DNA from: Moniliella sp. 'wahieum'
Lineage: Eukaryota
Length of the DNA: 64,000 bases
Direction of reading: 5' to 3'
Assembly (NCBI GenBank): GCA_003971905.1
Contig: RSEE01000031.1
Coordinates: forward strand, 496,001 to 560,000
The notes beneath the pieces are model-generated. The model was not told the DNA's origin and ran no database searches. It saw nothing but the letters and a program-made list of their open reading frames with translations. This document shows positions 63,212-64,000 of this stretch, in pieces (position 1 is the first letter of the stretch; every line of letters begins with the position of its first letter). A program made the position numbers and the translations under genes.

Positions 63212-63609
63212 CCGCTACCCGTAATCGTACCCGCGGTACCCTGTCCCTCCCGTCCCGCATCGTGTCTGGGTCCGGTTTCTTTTTTTTTTGGGTCCCCTTT
63301 TGCTCTCGCCACTGATTTTGTCTGGGCGCCGGGTGGTGGGGAGCTTAGTTGTACTATAGGATGCACGTCCCTGTTATCTGGCAAAACGAGCTAAACAAGC
63401 TTGATTAGCAAGCAGGGAGGGTACGCTGGGTTGGACAGGCGCAAGGCAACAGTAGTAGATTGGAAGTTTGAAGGGTAGGGGGGGGAGGGAGAGATACGAA
63501 ATACGAGATACGAGAGAGGATCGACAAGAAGCTCAACCAAGTTCACCTTGGAATGCAGGTTCAACGAAGGCTTCGGCTTTAGGCTTTAGGCTTCAGGCTT
63601 CAGGCTTTT

Positions 63610-64000
63610 TTAGGCGGGTGTGCTCTCGTTGGCCATGCCCTGGGCCACGGCCTTGTACAGCTTGGACGAGGTAGGTGGGGGGCTCTGGGAGGTGCGGGAA
63701 GGGTGGTAGTGGATCACACCCACGGCGGCCAAGGAGCGACCGAGGGTGTGGCGCGGGTGGAGGCGGCGGGAGAGGGCCTTGACGGCGCGCGCGACGGGCG
63801 CGACGAGGTACGCCTCAAACGTAAAGGAGAGCAGCGTGTTGATGAGCACGAGGACAAACAAGCTCGTGTGGACGTAGGCAGGCAAATCGATCAGGCCCAG
63901 AATGTCAAACACCCAGCCGTGGCGGACAAAGAGCGCGTAGAGCGAGAAGCAGTCAAGAGGCACAACGAGGCAGCAACATGGGGTTAGTGTACATGGGCTT
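63610..64000 (-). CDS. YPK9: 3' end of a P5B-type ATPase (Ypk9/ATP13A-like); gene continues beyond the window
   Basis: KPMYTNP, two terminal hydrophobic helices (FDILGLIDLP...LFVLVLINTLLSFTFE) and the C-terminal SKLYKAV motif typical of fungal P5B ATPases. Confidence 0.7.
   Translation of the reverse strand, partial: SPCTLTPCCCLVVPLDCFSLYALFVRHGWVFDILGLIDLPAYVHTSLFVLVLINTLLSFTFEAYLVAPVARAVKALSRRLHPRHTLGRSLAAVGVIHYHPSRTSQSPPPTSSKLYKAVAQGMANESTPA

Overview
Gene-dense, GC-rich eukaryotic DNA from a fungus, most likely a basidiomycete of the Ustilaginomycotina (ACC1 N-terminus closely resembles the Ustilago-type enzyme; short GT-AG introns with CTRAC/CTAAC branch points). Nearly every gene, including essential ones, is broken by single-base indels every few hundred bp, which points to an unpolished long-read assembly, so gene boundaries are approximate. 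Recognisable genes in order: MZM1/LYRM7 running without a stop into mitoribosomal bL31m/MRPL36 (candidate polyprotein), KIN17, RFC1, bS6m/MRP17, a DH-PH RhoGEF, a two-HMG-box protein, ACC1, a lower-GC island (candidate solo LTR and an orphan gene ending in a Cys cluster plus CaaX), CYT1, ATR/MEC1, cryptochrome DASH with long extensions, a short TOM1/HUWE1-like HECT ligase, a class IV chitin synthase, tRNA-Phe(GAA) with intron, an intronic snR41-like box C/D snoRNA, SNX4, a large Pro-rich hypothetical protein and the 3' end of a P5B ATPase (YPK9-like). Top leads: the Mzm1-bL31m tandem precursor with an internal presequence-like linker, the 'mini-Tom1', the snoRNA host gene, and a recurrent intergenic family of 7-bp-period palindrome stutters.
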